Shown here one piece after another: positions 47,477-61,162 of a DNA stretch of 64,000 nt. The stretch spans positions 1,612,001-1,676,000 of the forward strand of contig OZ218965.1 in the NCBI GenBank assembly GCA_965112735.1, written 5' to 3'. The notes under the pieces are model-generated. The model was not told where the DNA came from, did not search any database, and saw nothing but the letters and a program-made list of their open reading frames with translations. The position numbers and the translations under genes were made by a program. Source of the DNA: Phaeosaccion multiseriatum. Taxonomy: Eukaryota > Protista > Ochrophyta, other classes. Position 1 is the stretch's first letter. Each line of letters opens with the position of its first letter.

Positions 47477-47677
47477 GTTGAAAGAAAAAAAGCACTGAAG
47501 TCGATGTGAAGGCGCCCAATCGCCATCAGGTGCCATCCCTCGTTGGGAGGGGTTATGGATTATGCTAGGGGGGGGCTTTTACAAGGCCGTGTAGCAGGCT
47601 ACGCCCTCCATAATTGCAATGCCATCGTCTCAGGACGAGTAGAAGTACAAAACGAACCTGTTGGAAGCGAAGGAGGT
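47477..47677. promoter_or_regulatory. Putative bidirectional promoter (Vps33 / metalloprotease)
   Basis: Divergent ATGs at 47476 and 47678. Confidence 0.45.
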
Positions 47678-50600
47678 ATGGCAATGTCTTCCGGCGGGCA
47701 AGAAGGTGGGTGCGACTCCTGAATGTTCCACACATGTTCCCCAACAACGTGTGCAGTTTCAAAGCGCGCCTTGCCACGCGCTCGGGTGCTTCGTAGGCGT
47801 CTTACGGCAGCACTTACAGCAAAGGAGCAGTAGAGCAAGTAGTAGCAACGAGTAGGCTTGTTCTCTTGTCATTCACACCCTTTTTTTGCTCCCCTATTAC
47901 TTTACTACTATACCAGACACAGAGTTCTCAGGACTCACGCAAGGCGAGGGCTGGGGCGGCGACTCCCCCCCAGTGGCAAGGAATGTGGGCCTGCCGTCCT
48001 TCGGGGGGGGTGGCGACGGCGGCGGCAGAGCGCGGGGGAGGGCCAGGGCCATCGGCTCGATGCCTCGCACAATATTCCACAGGACTCTGGCAACGTTGCG
48101 TCGCCGAGGCTGCCTCAGTGCGACTTTCGCCTTCCTGCTACTGGGACTAGTTGTAGTGGCGCTGCTCTCCGTCCTCACAGACCTGTCCAAGCAGTTGGTG
48201 AAGCTTGAAACGCCGGCAGGGGCGATCGACTTTAACTCGCTGCGGCCGCTTCTCGTGCCGAAGGAGTCCGAGTTCGTGACCGTGTACAGCTTCATAGAAG
48301 ATGCCACCATGGTGAGAGAGAGAGACGCTGATTAGCTTGTACCAGGGGGGCTGTGGCTGTGGCTGTGGCAGAAGCTACCCCCTCCCTATTTGAGCCCCCT
48401 CCTCCTCGTGCCCTTCTCGCGACCTCAGCTCTTCATGGAGTTCAGAGGCTCCTCCATCGGCTTCAGTGGCACCCCCAAGCCCCTCCTCTTCAGCGCCATC
48501 TTCGCGCAAGGATCCTTCGACGAGGACGACCCTGAAGGCACCATTCTGCTGCATTACCCCGCAGAGAACACAGAGTCCAATGTACGTGACAGAGAGAGCA
48601 GTAGGAAACAAACCATGACGACGACAGCGATGATAGCAATGGCGAGCAAGTGCGTGAGATGGAAAGGCGGGGCGTGGGTGGCGTTACAGAAACTCTCCGC
48701 TCTGCAACGACGAAAACCAAATCATCATCAAGCACCAGCAGAAAGCAACTCTCCTGTAACTGTAACTGTAACTGTAACTCAACCCCACCCCACCCCCAAG
48801 GTGTTCCACTTTCAAATAACGGAGGATCTGCGCTCGGTGGACGTGATGCGGGAGGAGATGTACGTTCGCTCGACGGACCCCGAGGATCAGGACACCACAC
48901 GCGGCTCCGCACCGGCCACGTGGGTGGCGTCTCTGCCAGTTGTGAACATGGCCCCCGGGGATGACGAGGACGGCACGGTGAGCGGTGGATAGAGAGCTTG
49001 AGAGCTTGGGGGTGGCTGCTTCGGCCTAAACAGACGACAGATAAGGCTCTCTTTGGTTGCTCGCCTTTTCTGCTCTGCTGCTTCCCCATGATCCGCGTGG
49101 AGCGTCCATCTCTTTCACCACGTACTCCTGGTCTAAGCTCTGAGCTGTCATCATTCTCCTCCTGCTTCCTCCTCCTGCTGTGTCATTGTATCACCAACCC
49201 GCTTAGGAGCTCAAGGTGATTGTCATGGCCAATGCCCTCCTTGAGAACGGGCTGTATGTCACGTCAATCATCCCAGAGGAGGTCATGAACTATCGCATCA
49301 AGCTGAGGTCAGTGGACCACAACACTACGTAACACTACGTACCATACTGTCGCTCCTTACGTACCAGGATGCCTCAGTGACTCACTGCTGTGGCCTTGAG
49401 CTGTGGCCTTTGACTAGTGCTGTCACTCCTTGGTCGTCCTGTCTTCTACCGGCCTCCATGTGTTGTCTTCTTGTCTTGTTTTCCTTCAACCAACCAACCA
49501 ACCAACCACCCAACCAACCAACCTACTAACCAACCAACCCACCAACCAACCAACCTACCACCCAACCAACCTACAACCTAACCAACCTACCAACCACCCA
49601 CCCAACCAACGAGCCAACCAACCAACCACCTACCCAACCAACCAACCAACCAACCAACCAACCAACCTACCTACCTACCTACCCGCCAACCAACCAACCA
49701 ACCGATCAATTAATGTGCCGCTTCTGTTCCACACCCGCCCGGCCCCCTTCTATGCCCTTCTCTCGCCCTCAGTCACACGCGAGCCTACCCTCGCAACGTG
49801 GATTTCACTGTGGAGTACCAACTGCGCCCCTTCGGCACCCTGGACAATGTGCAGCTGGCCCTCGCCTTCAGCGTGGCGGCCTTGCCGGAGGTGCCCATGA
49901 CCCCGAGAGTGGCGGACGAGCGAGTGGGCTTCTTCACCACCACATATAAGGGTACGTATGGGGTGTGTGTGTAGGTGGGTGGTTGTGGGTGGGTGCGTGC
50001 GTGTGCGTGTGCGCGTGTATGTTGGATGGCTTGTTGCTTTGGCTGGCTTTTCGACCCATGTGAAGGAAAGGAATGGGCCGCTGTCTGTCTCTCTCTCTCT
50101 CGTGGGGTTTTTTTGTCTCAAAAGGCTTGTTTCACCCTCTTGTGTCTTTCACTCGCTCCCATCTCACTCACACAACACGACCCCCCCCCCGCTCTCTCTC
50201 TGTCCCCCCTTGCCCTCTCTCCCTCCCTCCCTCCGCTCCCTCCCTCCCCTCCCTCTCTCTCCTTGCCTTCCCCCCCCCTCCCCCCTCCCTCTCTCCCACG
50301 CATACAGACATGGGCGATCACCGCGCTGAAACCGCAGCCACCCGCAAGCGCCGCGAGTCAACCATGGTCGACACCACAGTCAAGGTCATCAACCGCCGAC
50401 GACTGAGCACCGACCCTACCTTGGCCCTCCTCTACCACATCGACCCCTCTGTGCCTCCGACGTGGTGGCCAGCCATGAAGGAGGGCGTGGAGCGGTGGCA
50501 GCCTGCGCTAGAGCAGCTCGGGTATGGAAAGGCCGCCATTCGGGCGGTGTTGCCGTCGGATGATGACTTCCCCATTGATTATGATGCCGGGGACGTGCGT

Positions 50601-53600
50601 TACAACTCCATCACTTGGGCCATTGATCTGCAAGAGGTACGTGTGTGCTTGCAGATTGAGCGTTCGTCTATACGTGCGTGCGTGCGTGCGTGCGTGCGTG
50701 CGGAGGGAGTGGGTTTGCGCTTCGTATCGTACAAGAACGAGCTGCGGAAGCGGTGTGACTGAAGCATCAACTCACCACCACTCCACTGCTTTGAGTGTCT
50801 AGCTCAGCCCCCATCCCTTTGCTTGTTTGTTCGGGCGGGCCCTCCTCCAGACCTTCGCCCTGGGCCCCTCGACCGTCGATCCTCGGACAGGAGAGATTCT
50901 TCGAGGCGCGATTGTCTTCACCAGCGGGTGGGTCAAGTCCTATCTGCAGGGCTTTGACCACTACGATACGACAACGGTGGACCCTCGGGGGACGGGGAGG
51001 TCCCTGTCCCTGCTGACGGATCAAATGACTGCGGCGGTGAGCGGCGCCACACAGGGGGGGCAAGGTCTGACGGCCCGGTTAGGGGACAGGGTTTTGCAAG
51101 GCGTGGCAGGAGGCGTGGGTGGTTCCCCCAGCAGGGCAAGTAGCACGAGCAGCAGCAGCAGCAGCAGCCCGCTCTCTCCCCACGCATCGAGAGGAGACCT
51201 TGTGCAAGCCCTCTTGGCGGAGAAACTTCCCTCTTTTGCCGCCTTCTCCTCCTCTGGCGCAACAACAACAGCAGCAACACCGAGCAGCCGCAGCCGCAGC
51301 CGCCTGGCAACCTCCATCCGACACCACAGCAGCCACGACTGCCAACACGAAAGGCGACAGGATGCCTCAATGCCCCTGTTGAGTCTGGCAGCCGCCGCCG
51401 CCGTCTCCTCTACCTCCTCCTCTTCCACCTCCAAAGCCGCCTCTGGCTCAGGCTCCAACGGGACGGCAGGCTACGATAAGGACGCCATGATCGCGCTGGG
51501 CATTATGGACGTGGTCACTCACGAAGTGGGGCACACCATGGGCCTCAGGCATAACTTTAGGGGAAGCGCTGCCCTCACGGCCAAGCAAGCGCAGGTAAGT
51601 CGGTGCAGGGTGTGGGGACTTGACGTGTAGGGTTATGTAAGATTAGGTGCGATTGGATAAGGAAACGTTCTCGTAACGGTCGTGACTGCGTATTGTGTGT
51701 GGGATGGGAAAGGAGGGGGCAAGCCAGTCCGTCGGTTGGTCGGTCGGTCCTAATGCACTCCCTTCGCTTCGCCCCCCCCCCCCTCCAGAATCCGGCTTAC
51801 ACGGCTGAGCACGGCTTGACCAGCTCCGTCATGGATTACCTCCCAGTAAGTCACAGTTGGCAACGAGTGCGTGGTTCGGTCCTTCCCCCCCGCATTCTCT
51901 CAGAGAAACAAAGTCTCAGTCGGCCCTCTCGAACAAAGCACACGACTCTTTTCTCTTTTCTCATGGATACGCTCTTCCCTCCCTCCCCATGCATTGCCAT
52001 CCCCTCTCTCCGCGAAGGTGAACTTCGCCTCCAGCGGGGTTCGAAAGACAGCGCTGAGCAAGACCGGGCAACTTCCCGACCTCTTCACGCCCGTCATTGG
52101 TGAATACGACTACTGGGCCATCCGTTACGGTTACACAATCATCGACGAGGAAGGCAAGGACGGTCCTGAGAGGCTACTCACTCAGCACCCAACGCTCAAG
52201 AGCATTGCAGATCTGGCCCTGCCCTTCAGCACGGACGAGGATGGAGCGACCAGCACGGGAATGGACCCTCTGAACAGCTTGTTCGACATTGGCTCGGTGA
52301 GGAGGAGGCAGCAAACACGGCATGTGGACTTGATGGGAAGGGTGTGTGCTACGGTTACGGGCCCATGCTTCGCTTCGGACGTGTGTCTGTTCTATCTGTC
52401 GTCGGACATGTGTGATCCATCTCCTCACCTTTTGTACTGTGCTTTGACAGGAGCCGGTGGACTACTGGGAGGACCGCCTTGTGTTCCTGTCGGAGCTTCG
52501 TGCGGGCCTTCTTGATCGCGCAGTGTGGCAGGTGCGGTGGTGCGGTGGTGCGGTGGTGCGGTGGTGCGGTGGTGCGGTGGTGCGGTGGTGAGGTGGTGCG
52601 GTGGTGCGGTGGTGCGGTGAGGTGGTGCGGTGGTGCGGTGGTGCGGTGGTGCGGTGGTGCGGTGGTGAGGTGATGGCGTGCTGTGCTCGGCTCTCACGGA
52701 GGAGAGAGGAGAGAGGGGAAGGGAGAGAGTCCCGCCGGCTTTTATCTCTATGTTGGTGTTGTTTCTCTCGCTGCGCAGCTCTGTGCTGAGCGAAGGAGGC
52801 GCGACAGAGAGGCGAAAGACCAACCCCATGACTGACTTACTCTCTCTCTCTCTCCCTCTGTATCCCTGTCGGGCGTGTGATTGGTATACTTCCTCCCCTT
52901 GCGGTGCCCTTGCTGTGCTCGCTCCGTCTGCTTTCGTTGCTCCCCCATCCCATCCCGACGTGCTCGGGCCACGGACATGTTTCGAAACTCGTGTTGTTCC
53001 TCCGCTACTGCCTCCCCCTCACCTCCTCTCGTCTCACCACATCACATCATACACACCCATCCATCCATCCCATCAGGACGAAAAGTACACGCGCTACGCC
53101 CCCATGGAACGCCTCTTGCTCAACAACCTTCTCACGGCGGGCCTGTACTCTGCCAAATACATTGGAGGTTTCCAGGTCGACAAGCAGCGCCGCCTCTCCT
53201 CCGGCGGAGCTGCAGTCGACAAGCCCGCCGATCCTGTGAGCCTGGAGCGACAGCAGCGTGCGCTTGACTTGGTGCTGAAGGTGGTGGGGTCGGGCTTCGA
53301 TGACACTCTCTTTCCAAGTGCTGACCACCTACCCCTGATGGTGGAGGAGGGAGGGTCGTGCCAAGGCTTGGAGCAGGCTTGCTACGCTACTGACTTGTAC
53401 GACGTCGTGGCAGGGGTGAGTGAATGTGTGTGTGTGTGTGTGTGTATGTGCACATGTGTGTTGTGTCTGCGTATCGTTGCGACTGCCACTGCTTCTGCTT
53501 CTGCTTCTACTGCTGCGATTTGTACGGGGAAACAAAGGCAAGGGCAACCAAGCGAGGCCTCTTGTGTGCGCTGCTCGCATCACGTGTCCTTTCTCCCCCT

Positions 53601-54529
53601 TCTCCACCAGGGCGTAGTAGCTTGCTTGACAAGCTTGCTTGACACCGGCCACTCCCTGACCCTGTGCTGCGAGTGTCGATGTGACGCGGCCATCCATTTC
53701 ACTCATGTTCTCGCGCCCCACCCCACCACGCACACACTCGCCCACAGATTGGTGGCTTGAAGAAGACCCTTCTACTGTCGCTCTTGTCTCCCGAGCGCCT
53801 CATGCGCGTCCGTCTTCACGGATGGCAGGCAACGTCAATGGCCGCAACAGACTCACCCCAAACTCAAACTATGAGCCTCACCTACCTCATGGACCAAGTG
53901 GTCAAGGCCGTCTTTGGGGATGATCTACTTGCAGGGCAGGAGGTGACCCTCCCCGAGAACTGGGACGTGCAGCTCTTCCTCGTTGACTTACTCATGCTGC
54001 TGGGGCAGCAGACGAGCAGCCTCTCCGGCGGCGGGCTGCCCGGTGACGTCATCGCTGTGGCCACCGGGAAGGTGTACGACCTGAGGGACAGTGTTGGCCT
54101 GGAGGAGGATATTAGCAGCGAAGCCAAGCCTCTCATCAGGTGGGGTGGCCGTGGCCGGGCGCAGGGGAGAGAGGAAGGAGGGAGGGAAGAAGTTCGGACT
54201 TCTCTCTAGATTGCATTGGTACTTGCTACTCTGTGGGTGGGGGGGGGGGGGGGGGGTTGTTTCACACGTTTCTTCTGCCCTCCGTGAGGCTCTCGCCCTT
54301 GCCCTGGTGATGTATGTATTGGTGGGCTGTGAGCTCCATTCCTTCCACTCGGCCCTGACTCCCTCCCACTTGCTGCTTTTCTATATGTCTGTGTCTGTGT
54401 GTCGATTCGTCTGCCCGCTGTCTGTGTCTGTGTGTCGATTCGTCTGCCCGCTGTCTGTGTCGCTCTCTTGTGTGTCACAGAGCATTCCAGAGAAAGCTTG
54501 CCGCCTGGGAGGTGTCCACGGGAGGTTGA
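47678..54529 (+). CDS. Membrane-anchored zinc metalloprotease, EcxA/DUF5117/DUF4953-like metzincin, multi-exon
   Basis: [16 protein letters not shown]; [15 protein letters not shown]; YHIDPSVP..W; [12 protein letters not shown]; [13 protein letters not shown]; [16 protein letters not shown] (51520-51567); SSVMDYLP; [13 protein letters not shown]; phase-consistent first and last exons. Confidence 0.85.
49487..49703 (+). repeat. Intronic (CAAC)n microsatellite
   Basis: Imperfect tetranucleotide run. Confidence 0.9.
52531..52670 (+). repeat. Intronic (GGTGGTGC)n 8-bp repeat
   Basis: About 17 units. Confidence 0.9.
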
Positions 54530-55128
54530 GGCCGAGAGGCATCACCAGACCAGACCAGACGGAGGCGTATGGGCAGACAGACAGACAGACAGACAGACAG
54601 AGTAGATCATTGAGCAAAACCGGTAGAGACGACACCAGGTGGGCGTTGTCAGACCCCCCTCAGTCATTCCGGGTCACGACGACGTGACAGGCACGTGCAC
54701 ACACACACACACACACTCTCTCTCTCTCTCTCATCAACGACCTTGAGTGATTCGTCGGCCCCCTTCCTTGGAAGAATGGTCGCACTGAGGAGAGAGCAGG
54801 AGCCTCTGCCCTGCCACTTGGGCGAACCACTTGGGTTTCCGACGTGAGGTGCCTTGGTCCAAAGGCAGAAGCACCAGACTCCCCATCCATACCATGAATG
54901 GAAGACAAGTTCATTATTATGGATTCGCTCTTGTTCGAAGTGATGGAGTTCAAGTCAATTTTATGTATTTCTATGTGTGTGTGTATGTATGTATGTATGT
55001 ATGTATGTATGTATGTATGTATGTATGTATGTATCTATGGAAGACGGAAGGATCGCTGTGCTACCTCTATGGTAAAGGCAAGACACCTCGCACCGCATGT
55101 GTCTTGCTTGCCATTGGCCACCTTCCCA

Positions 55129-56428
55129 TCAGGACGAAGACGACGTAGCTGTGCTACTTCTGCTACTTCGACTCCCTCTGGAAGAGAAGGAGCCCTGTCT
55201 TCCTCCCTCGCTCGAGTCCTCCCCTCCCCCGCTGTCCTTGCGCCGCTGCTTCTTGCTCTTCTTCTTGACGGCCTCGCCGCCTCCACCTTCCTCCTGCCTC
55301 TTTTTCGATCGTCTTTTGGGTTCATGCTCAGACTCTAACTCAACTTGATCGTCGGCGGTGTGCCTCTCCTCTCCGCTCTCTGCCGCCCTCTCTTGCTCTC
55401 TCCTCCTCCTCCTTCTCGCCTCCTTCTTCCTCCTCTCCCTTTCCTCGTCCCGCTTATCGTCCTTCTTTCTGTTGGCATCTCTATAGGACTGCCTCCCCTT
55501 GTCGTCCTCCTCATCCTCCATCTTTCTGTCGTCGCCATACATGACAAAGCCATCACGGGCATTCAGTTGCTCTGCCCTCCTGGCCAGATGCTCGTGCTCC
55601 TCCTTAAGCTTTCGGAGCCACTTGACAGACATCTTCTTCCGACCTGATCGAGCCTGGCGCCACACCTGACAGAAGAACAAAAGAACCACACACCCATCAC
55701 CATCGATACAGGAAACAAAACACTTTCAGCACGGATAGGGTACAAAGTAAAGCAAGCAGTAAAGCAAGCAGTAAAGCACCCCACCACCTTCAATCTCCAG
55801 ACTCATCTGGCAAAGAAAGGAACACACAACAACCGCCACCCCTTTCCCTCATGCCCGCCCCTCTCATCCTCTCCCCTCAGCTCGGCTCCCCTCCTCTCCC
55901 CTCTCCAACCCTCCCTTCCCCTCCCTTCCCTTCCCCTCCTCTCCTCTCCCCTCCCCGCTCCAACCCTCCCTTCCCCTCCCTTCCCCTTCCCCTCCCTTCC
56001 CCTCCCAGCCCCCTTTCACTCCTCGTACCTTGTCAAAGTTGTTCCTACCGCAGTAGTTCTGAGTGATGGCCAGCGTGTCGTCCAGATTCACCACTGCGTG
56101 CCACCATCCCCCGGGTATGAAGACCGTGTCCCCCGGGTACTGAATGAATTCGTACATGCGGAGGCCCTGCTTCACGGCCACCTGCGCGGGCATTGCAACA
56201 CAGCGTGAGGGTGAAGGTGAAGGTCAGGGTCGGGGTTGGGGTCAGAGGCAGGACGGGAGAGCAGTCTCATTAACTGCGCCCCCTTCGAGACCGAACGGAG
56301 AAGACGACAACACAGTACAGTACAGCACACCGGTGCCTACCTTCCGCAAGTAAAAGTGATGGAGCGGGGCTTTGCTGAGCTTTGATGGACACTTACCCCC
56401 CCCCGCCCCAAAGCAAGTCACGGACGCA

Positions 56429-56468
<40 letters not shown>

Positions 56469-58005
56469 CGCACCTCTCGCATCCTTGGCAGCAGGTCCAT
56501 GAAGAGGTTGATTGGCTCGTCGTCCTCGTCCTCTTCAATCACCGTCTTTCCCTTGGCGAAGCGCTTCTCCGTCTCCGGGGGCATGAGGAACCATCGCTTC
56601 CTGAGAAGATAGAAGAGAAGATTGAGGCGTATGGGTATGGACAGGCCAGCAGGATGGCCGGCCGGCCTGCCCGCCTGCCTGCCGTAGTGCGATCCGTAGT
56701 GCGATCGGCTCCTCTTCCTCCTCCTCCTCCTCCTCCTCCTCCTCCTCCTCCCCCTTACCCTCACTCCCCCTGTCCCTCACCTGCCCTTGATGACTGTGTT
56801 CCAGGCACTGGTGGCCAGGGGGTCAATGTGCGTGGATGTGCCCGACCTCCGAGGGCCGATGAGGAACCAGCGGTAGGGCGGCCGGCGGCGCTCGCCCACG
56901 AGCTCGAACAGATCGTCCGGGAAGTAGCTCGGAACCTTCAGCCACGCAAGGCCAGAACAACAGTGAGACGACAGGGAAGGCAGGGAGAGGGCACCCGGTC
57001 CGTACCCAGCGCAAGGCGAAACCGGCACGGAAAGGTCGCGGAACGGTCGGGTGGGGTACGGGGGGAGTGCGTGCGTGAGCATGGCATGCCAGATGCTAGA
57101 CCTCTCCCTCCATGACGCGACATCCATACCCAGGCGCCCTTCCTTCTCTTTTGCTTACCGAAAAGTCGTCGAGCAGGGCGCTAGCCTTGTTGTCGTCGTC
57201 AAACCTGGAGTCGAACACGTACAGCGGGCTGTCGTCCCTCTGCGCTTCGGTGTAGTGCAAAAAGTGTTTCATCCGCACCTGCAAGCAGAGCCACGGAGAC
57301 GGTAAGGAGGATCATCCAGGACCACCACCCCTTCCTACTTACTCTACCCCGCGACACATCTCGCCCACACCCCGTCCAGGACATACACGCACACACGCAC
57401 GCACCTTGACGCTGTACCCGTCGTCATCCTCCCCGCACTTCATCTTGTAGTCTCTGTATTTGGAGAGAAGCTTGTCGAAGGTCCAGTTCTCTAGCGCACG
57501 CCAGCGCTCCTCGGCGGGCACGTTTCTGCCGTAGAGGAGAGAGAGAGAGTGAGCGGGGGTGAGCAGAAAGAACCAATGCCGTGGGGGGGGGAGGGAGGGA
57601 GGCAGGGAGGTAGGGAAGTAGGTAGCTAGGCAAGGAGGAAGGGAGGTCGCTCCTTACGAACAGCCGAAGGGCGGACTCCAGGGGCAAGCGGATGGACGCA
57701 CCTTATGAGGACGGGCTGGCAGCGCTTCTCATAGCGCTCGAAGAACTGCTCGACGCTCAAGTTGGAGCAGTCCACGGAGTCGATCTGGGAACACGACGAC
57801 ACACCACACGGAGCAGGCGGGAGAGCAGCCAGCGACGAGACGTGCGCAGGGGGTTGCGGTGGATGAGTGAGCCAGAAGCGAGTCATGTATTGGCGGAGCT
57901 CCCGCCGTTCTCGCGCCCTCGGTCCTCCTCCTCTCCTCCGCTACTGCGGGACTCTCCTCTTTTGCGACCAGCAAGGTCGTGTAAGTCTATCCCGTTCCGG
58001 ACTGT

Positions 58006-58049
<44 letters not shown>

Positions 58050-58514
58050 ACCGGGTGCGTGTCTCCGGACGCCCTCTGCAGGGTTGGGAGGTCTTGAGCA
58101 GCAAAGGCCTCGAACTCTCCTTCTCTCCGCCCCCCTGGCCCGAAGCCGTCCTTGCCCCAGTCTCGCAGTCTGTGCCAAGCGTCCCGGAGTCAAGAGTCAG
58201 GCGAGGCATTCGGAGTGTTGGGAGGGCGGGTGAGCGTAGAGCTACCAAGGGGGGGAAGCGTGCCAAGGAGGAGGGCAGAGAGGAGAGGAAGGGAGCGTCT
58301 CCCAGGCCCCTTCTACCTGTCCCGAAAGCGTCGATGCTCTTGCCCAACCCCGCATCCATCCAAACCAATCCCTCGCTCCGTTTATAACGCCGCAGCAGGG
58401 GGGGTCCTCTATCCAATAAAGTCAAACTCACTTGGGTCGGTGCGCTCGTTTGGCCCTGTTCATCTTCCTCTCCCAGCGGGGCACATGGCTGCTGCTGTCA
58501 TCAGAGGAAGCCAT
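55129..58514 (-). CDS. JMJD6: JmjC-domain protein JMJD6 (arginine demethylase / lysyl hydroxylase), multi-exon
   Basis: AKRAHRP; [19 protein letters not shown]; [13 protein letters not shown]; [10 protein letters not shown]; [39 protein letters not shown]; [30 protein letters not shown]; charged/Ser tail. Confidence 0.93.
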
Positions 58515-58722
58515 GAGCGGCCTCCAACTCTGTAATTTTTTTTTCCTATGTGGGTGGCCGGGGGGCAGGTGGAGGAGTTAGGAATACGCGCGTCGTCGCC
58601 ATCTCCACATTCGCTCCCGCCTGCTGGGCCTTAAAATTTTTTTTAACCCCTAAAATCGTTCCTACACAACCCTCTCATCAATACCGTCCGCCTCTCTGCC
58701 TCCAGCCCATCATATACCAACC
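58515..58722. promoter_or_regulatory. Putative bidirectional promoter (JMJD6 / NEET)
   Basis: Divergent ATGs at 58514 and 58723; T-rich tracts. Confidence 0.45.
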
Positions 58723-59771
58723 ATGAAGCTCTTCATCCTCGCCGCCGCTCTCAGCGCTCTGTCATGCAGCACCGCATTCGTGGTGCCCTCCGCCGTTCGA
58801 GCGCCCACCCCCCTCAGAGCGGAGGGTTGCCGCCACAACACCGCCCAAGACCTGGACTCGCCCAAGGCAAGCACTGGAATCTGTATCGCCTTGCCCTTTA
58901 GCGACCCCCCCCACCTTGCGTGTGCCTGCGTTGGCCTCTATTTCCCCCCGGAAAGGTTTCCTTTTTATTACCGTCCTACTACTACATGTAATTGCCCCAC
59001 TTTTGGTCCGTCAATCACCCCACTCCCCCCCTACTGGATGACTGACTGTGCCTTGCTGCTCCTCCTGTCGTGCCGCTGCTTTGCCGCTTCCGAGAGAAGG
59101 TTGTAACCCAGGAGAAGCTCGCAGCCGGCGACAAGAAGGTGTACTGCAGGTGTGTGTGACCGAGGAGGCGGGGCTCGGCACTCTCCTTTGCAACAAAACG
59201 TGCCAACGCCTTGCTAACGTGCTGCTAGGGAAGCGGAGTGGGGACAAAGACCAAGACAGCCAGTAGACCCAGCATGTGCACACCCCTACTTCAACTCCAA
59301 CTCCTGCTGCTCCTCCTTCTGTCTTGTCAACTGCTCGTCTGTACTCACCTTAGGTGCTGGAAGTCTGGCACATTTCCTTTGTGTGACGCCGCCCATGTGA
59401 CGCACAACAAGGAGACTGGGGACAATGTTGGGCCCCTGGTGAGTGCCCAAGCAGAAGGGGGGTGGTGTATGTATGAGGCCACAGTGTGGGAAGAGAAGGA
59501 GATCGGTGCCTTGCCCTGCCTCCCTCATCCTCGGGCATAGTCTCTGTGCCTGATTCGCCGTATAAGCGGTGGTGGCAGGTCAATGCGTTGAGCAACGTAT
59601 GGTCCGGTCCCCACTCTTGGCTTCGCCCTCCCCACCCCGTTGCTCTTGCAGCTCATCGACAAGTGCTCCTCCGCCTCCCGAGCGACGGGGACTCCCTCAC
59701 TCACACCCCGTTCCTTCGTTGCTTCCCCTCTCTGCGCGTTGGAGCAGATCGTTGCCGTGGCGAAGGAATAG
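58723..59771 (+). CDS. Plastid-targeted CDGSH iron-sulfur (NEET) protein; exons 58723-58866, 59100-59149, 59354-59438, 59748-59771
   Basis: Signal peptide plus TAFVVP; spliced DLDSPK|VVTQEK..KVYCR|[28 protein letters not shown]|IVAVAKE*. Confidence 0.9.
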
Positions 59772-60429
59772 AGCGACAAAGGAAAGTCGGTGGTGGTCCT
59801 TCGACGAGTTCCTTCGATCTGGGTTTGCGCCCCCCTTCTTCGGTCCAACGCAGCCGGGCCTATCGGTCATTAATCCTTGTCACAATGACTATGAATATGA
59901 ATATATGTAATTTATTGAAGTTGATAACACAGCAAGAGAGTGGTGAGTAGGGCGTCCAGGTCCTGCCCGCCCTCCCCCAAGGTTGGGGCTTGCCTAATAT
60001 TGTCAGTTACGAAACTGTAGGATTCCTCTTGTGGAGAGGAGGAGCTCTCAGCTCGACCGCCTAACCTTCCAAGAGTAACAAACTGTGTTAGGATTTCATT
60101 CCTCGTCAGCCGGCCTTGATCTCCTGACCTGCTACCGGCCGACCGGCCGGCCGGCCAACCATCATCTGGCACCGCCGGCGTGAGCTAGCTGCTATCTGCT
60201 ACCGCCGGCGTGAGCTGGCGTGCTAACGGGTCCGAGGGCACGAAAGCATACCGCAAGGAAGGGTCGAGGGGAGGCTGGCTGATCGGATCGGATTGCTCGC
60301 GGATTGATTGATTGCCTCAGTGAGGGATTTGTTGACATATTTCTCATTTCTCTCGAGGGGGTGGGTGAACGATATCGGTGAACTGTACCACCTCGTCCCT
60401 TTTGGTCATAACAACCCCGTATAAAGAGG

Positions 60430-61151
60430 CGACAAGGGTCTCGTCAAAGGGCCCTTCACGGGGCCGGAAGATCAGTGCATTAAAGACTGGTGAGCGAGCG
60501 AGGTAGAGGAGGGAGGATGGCGGACGCTCCGTATGCTCTCTGCAAGCAGAATAGGTCCTTGTGATGCAGAGACGATGCTGAGCAGTTCGCCGCCTGTGAC
60601 CCCCTGCGACTCCTTCCCCTGCGTCCTGCGTCCCTCCTCCCACATCTATCTACGCTTGGCATTGACAATGGCTCCCACACCCCATGCGACATTCTCCTCC
60701 CGTCCCTCTTGTGCAGCATGAGTCGACTGGGGACTCGTCTCGCAAGCCCTCGGCGGGACACGAACGCACAAGCAGCTGCGAGAGAGGTGGGAGAATCACC
60801 TCGACCCCTGCCTCAAGCACGGAGAGTGGACCCAGGAGGAAGACGAGGTAGGTGTGATTGCCGCGGCCCGCAGACGGAAGCGCAGGCAACGCCTCTGAGG
60901 GGGGATGAGCGCAGTGAGGTCCAAGTGAAAGAGAATGGCCTGCCTGAGTCTTTTGCTGTGCGCGCGGGTTTGAAACGCTGAACTCACTCGTCTCTTGGCG
61001 TTGTCTTCTTCCCCCCCCCCCCCTCCCCCCTCCTCCTCCTCCTCCTCCTCCTCCTCCTCCTCGCTCCTCGCAGCTCCTTGAAGAGGCGCACTCGTCCCTC
61101 CTCGGCTCGTGGAAGTCTATCAAGAAGCTCTTTGTCTGCCGCAGGCCCTAG
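60430..61151 (+). pseudogene. Myb-repeat gene, apparently frameshifted/truncated
   Basis: Three exon-like blocks: GLVKGPFTGPEDQCIKD (to 60489), VDWGLVSQALGGTRTHKQLRERWENHLDPCLKHGEWTQEEDE (60722-60847), LLEEAHSSLLGSWKSIKKLF (61074-61151, TAG). Confidence 0.7.
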
Positions 61152-61162
61152 AGAGGCCATAG

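Noticed and set aside
47671-47680. AGGAGG before the ATG of the bacterial-type metalloprotease
   Set aside because: 1-nt spacing is wrong for a Shine-Dalgarno, and AGG motifs are ubiquitous here
60801-60810. TCGACCCCTG MITE-like terminus
   Set aside because: Encodes the conserved LDP of the Myb repeat; no partner end
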